A stretch of 32,000 nt of DNA from Delftia acidovorans NBRC 14950 (GTDB taxonomy: Bacteria; Pseudomonadota; Gammaproteobacteria; Burkholderiales; Burkholderiaceae_C). The notes beneath the pieces are model-generated. The model did no database searches. It was not told where the DNA came from and saw only the letters and a list, made by a program, of their open reading frames with translations. A program made the position numbers and the translations under genes. The stretch spans positions 10,911 to 42,910 of the forward strand of contig NZ_BCZP01000034.1 of the NCBI RefSeq assembly GCF_001598795.1, given 5' to 3'. This document shows, piece by piece, positions 31,768 through 32,000 of the stretch. Every line of letters starts with the position of its first letter. The stretch's first letter is position 1.

Positions 31768-32000
31768 CCCTCCGCTTCGCTGCGGGCAACCTGCGTCGTG
31801 GCGGTTGCGGGGTTCGCTGCGGAACTCGCTGCGTTCACTTCGTGAACTCCGCTCAGACAACCGCAGCGAGTCAGTTGACGAAGCAGTCCTGTCCTTCGGC
31901 AGGACTGCAACCCCGAAACCACCACGCCGCAGGCGCTGACATACGGGGAGTTTTGACGGGCCGTCGCTTCGCTCGGCGCCGGTTTCACGCCGAGCGGAGC
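31768..32000. repeat. Composite REP-like structured element (copy 3): nested stems that run to the window edge
   Basis: The outer 25-nt arms at 31790-31814 and 31909-33 are complementary at 22/25 positions. Inside are GTTCAC-ttc-GTGAAC (31833-47), CGCTGCGG/CCGCAGCG, and GCAGTCCTGTCCTTCGGCAGGACTGC (31883-31908). TCGCTGCG occurs three times direct and once inverted. The terminal hairpin is GCTTCGCTCGGCG-ccggtttca-CGCCGAGCGGAGC (31966-32000). Confidence 0.7.

Overview
This is a high-GC chromosomal segment (about 65% G+C by hand counts on sample lines). Its gene content and order look like a beta-proteobacterial core genome, Comamonadaceae/Burkholderiales-like, though that assignment is inference only. 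I call 27 protein-coding genes, one cut by the left window edge. I also call two identical tRNA-Arg(ACG) genes inside a 236-bp tandem duplication, several intrinsic terminators or hairpins, and a family of REP-like structured repeats. From left to right the blocks are: a hotdog/PaaI thioesterase; a low-GC islet with a MATE-like membrane protein; class-I DAHP synthase; a large EF-hand/TM protein; a GntR-bdhA-fahA operon; a SPOR protein; an I78-type lipoprotein; and an STK-PP2C-rdgB-hemW string divergent from yicC-gmk-rpoZ-spoT. These are followed by a Sir2 deacylase; a lytic transglycosylase; greB; the 2x tRNA-Arg; a MocR regulator, GabP-like permease, SnoaL protein and FAD oxidase; and finally a truncated haemoglobin, MFS transporter and LysR regulator. 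I saw no integrase, transposase, CRISPR array, restriction-modification, toxin-antitoxin or recognisable defence gene. Five things are most worth a second look. (1) A roughly 1.6-kb low-GC islet (785-2445) carries an orphan MATE/MOP-like membrane protein, preceded by Shine-Dalgarno-led mini-ORFs and bordered by REP-like hairpins. (2) A structured repeat family has three copies, and one copy sits in a dense hairpin/tandem-repeat cluster at the right window edge. (3) A roughly 770-aa protein has a canonical EF-hand loop, three C-terminal TM helices and an (Ala-Pro)n tail encoded by a hexanucleotide repeat. (4) 13-bp iteron-like repeats carry clustered GATC sites. (5) A strong terminator separates rpoZ from spoT. 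I did not find convincing evidence for a complete novel multi-gene system. The islet is the best candidate and remains speculative.
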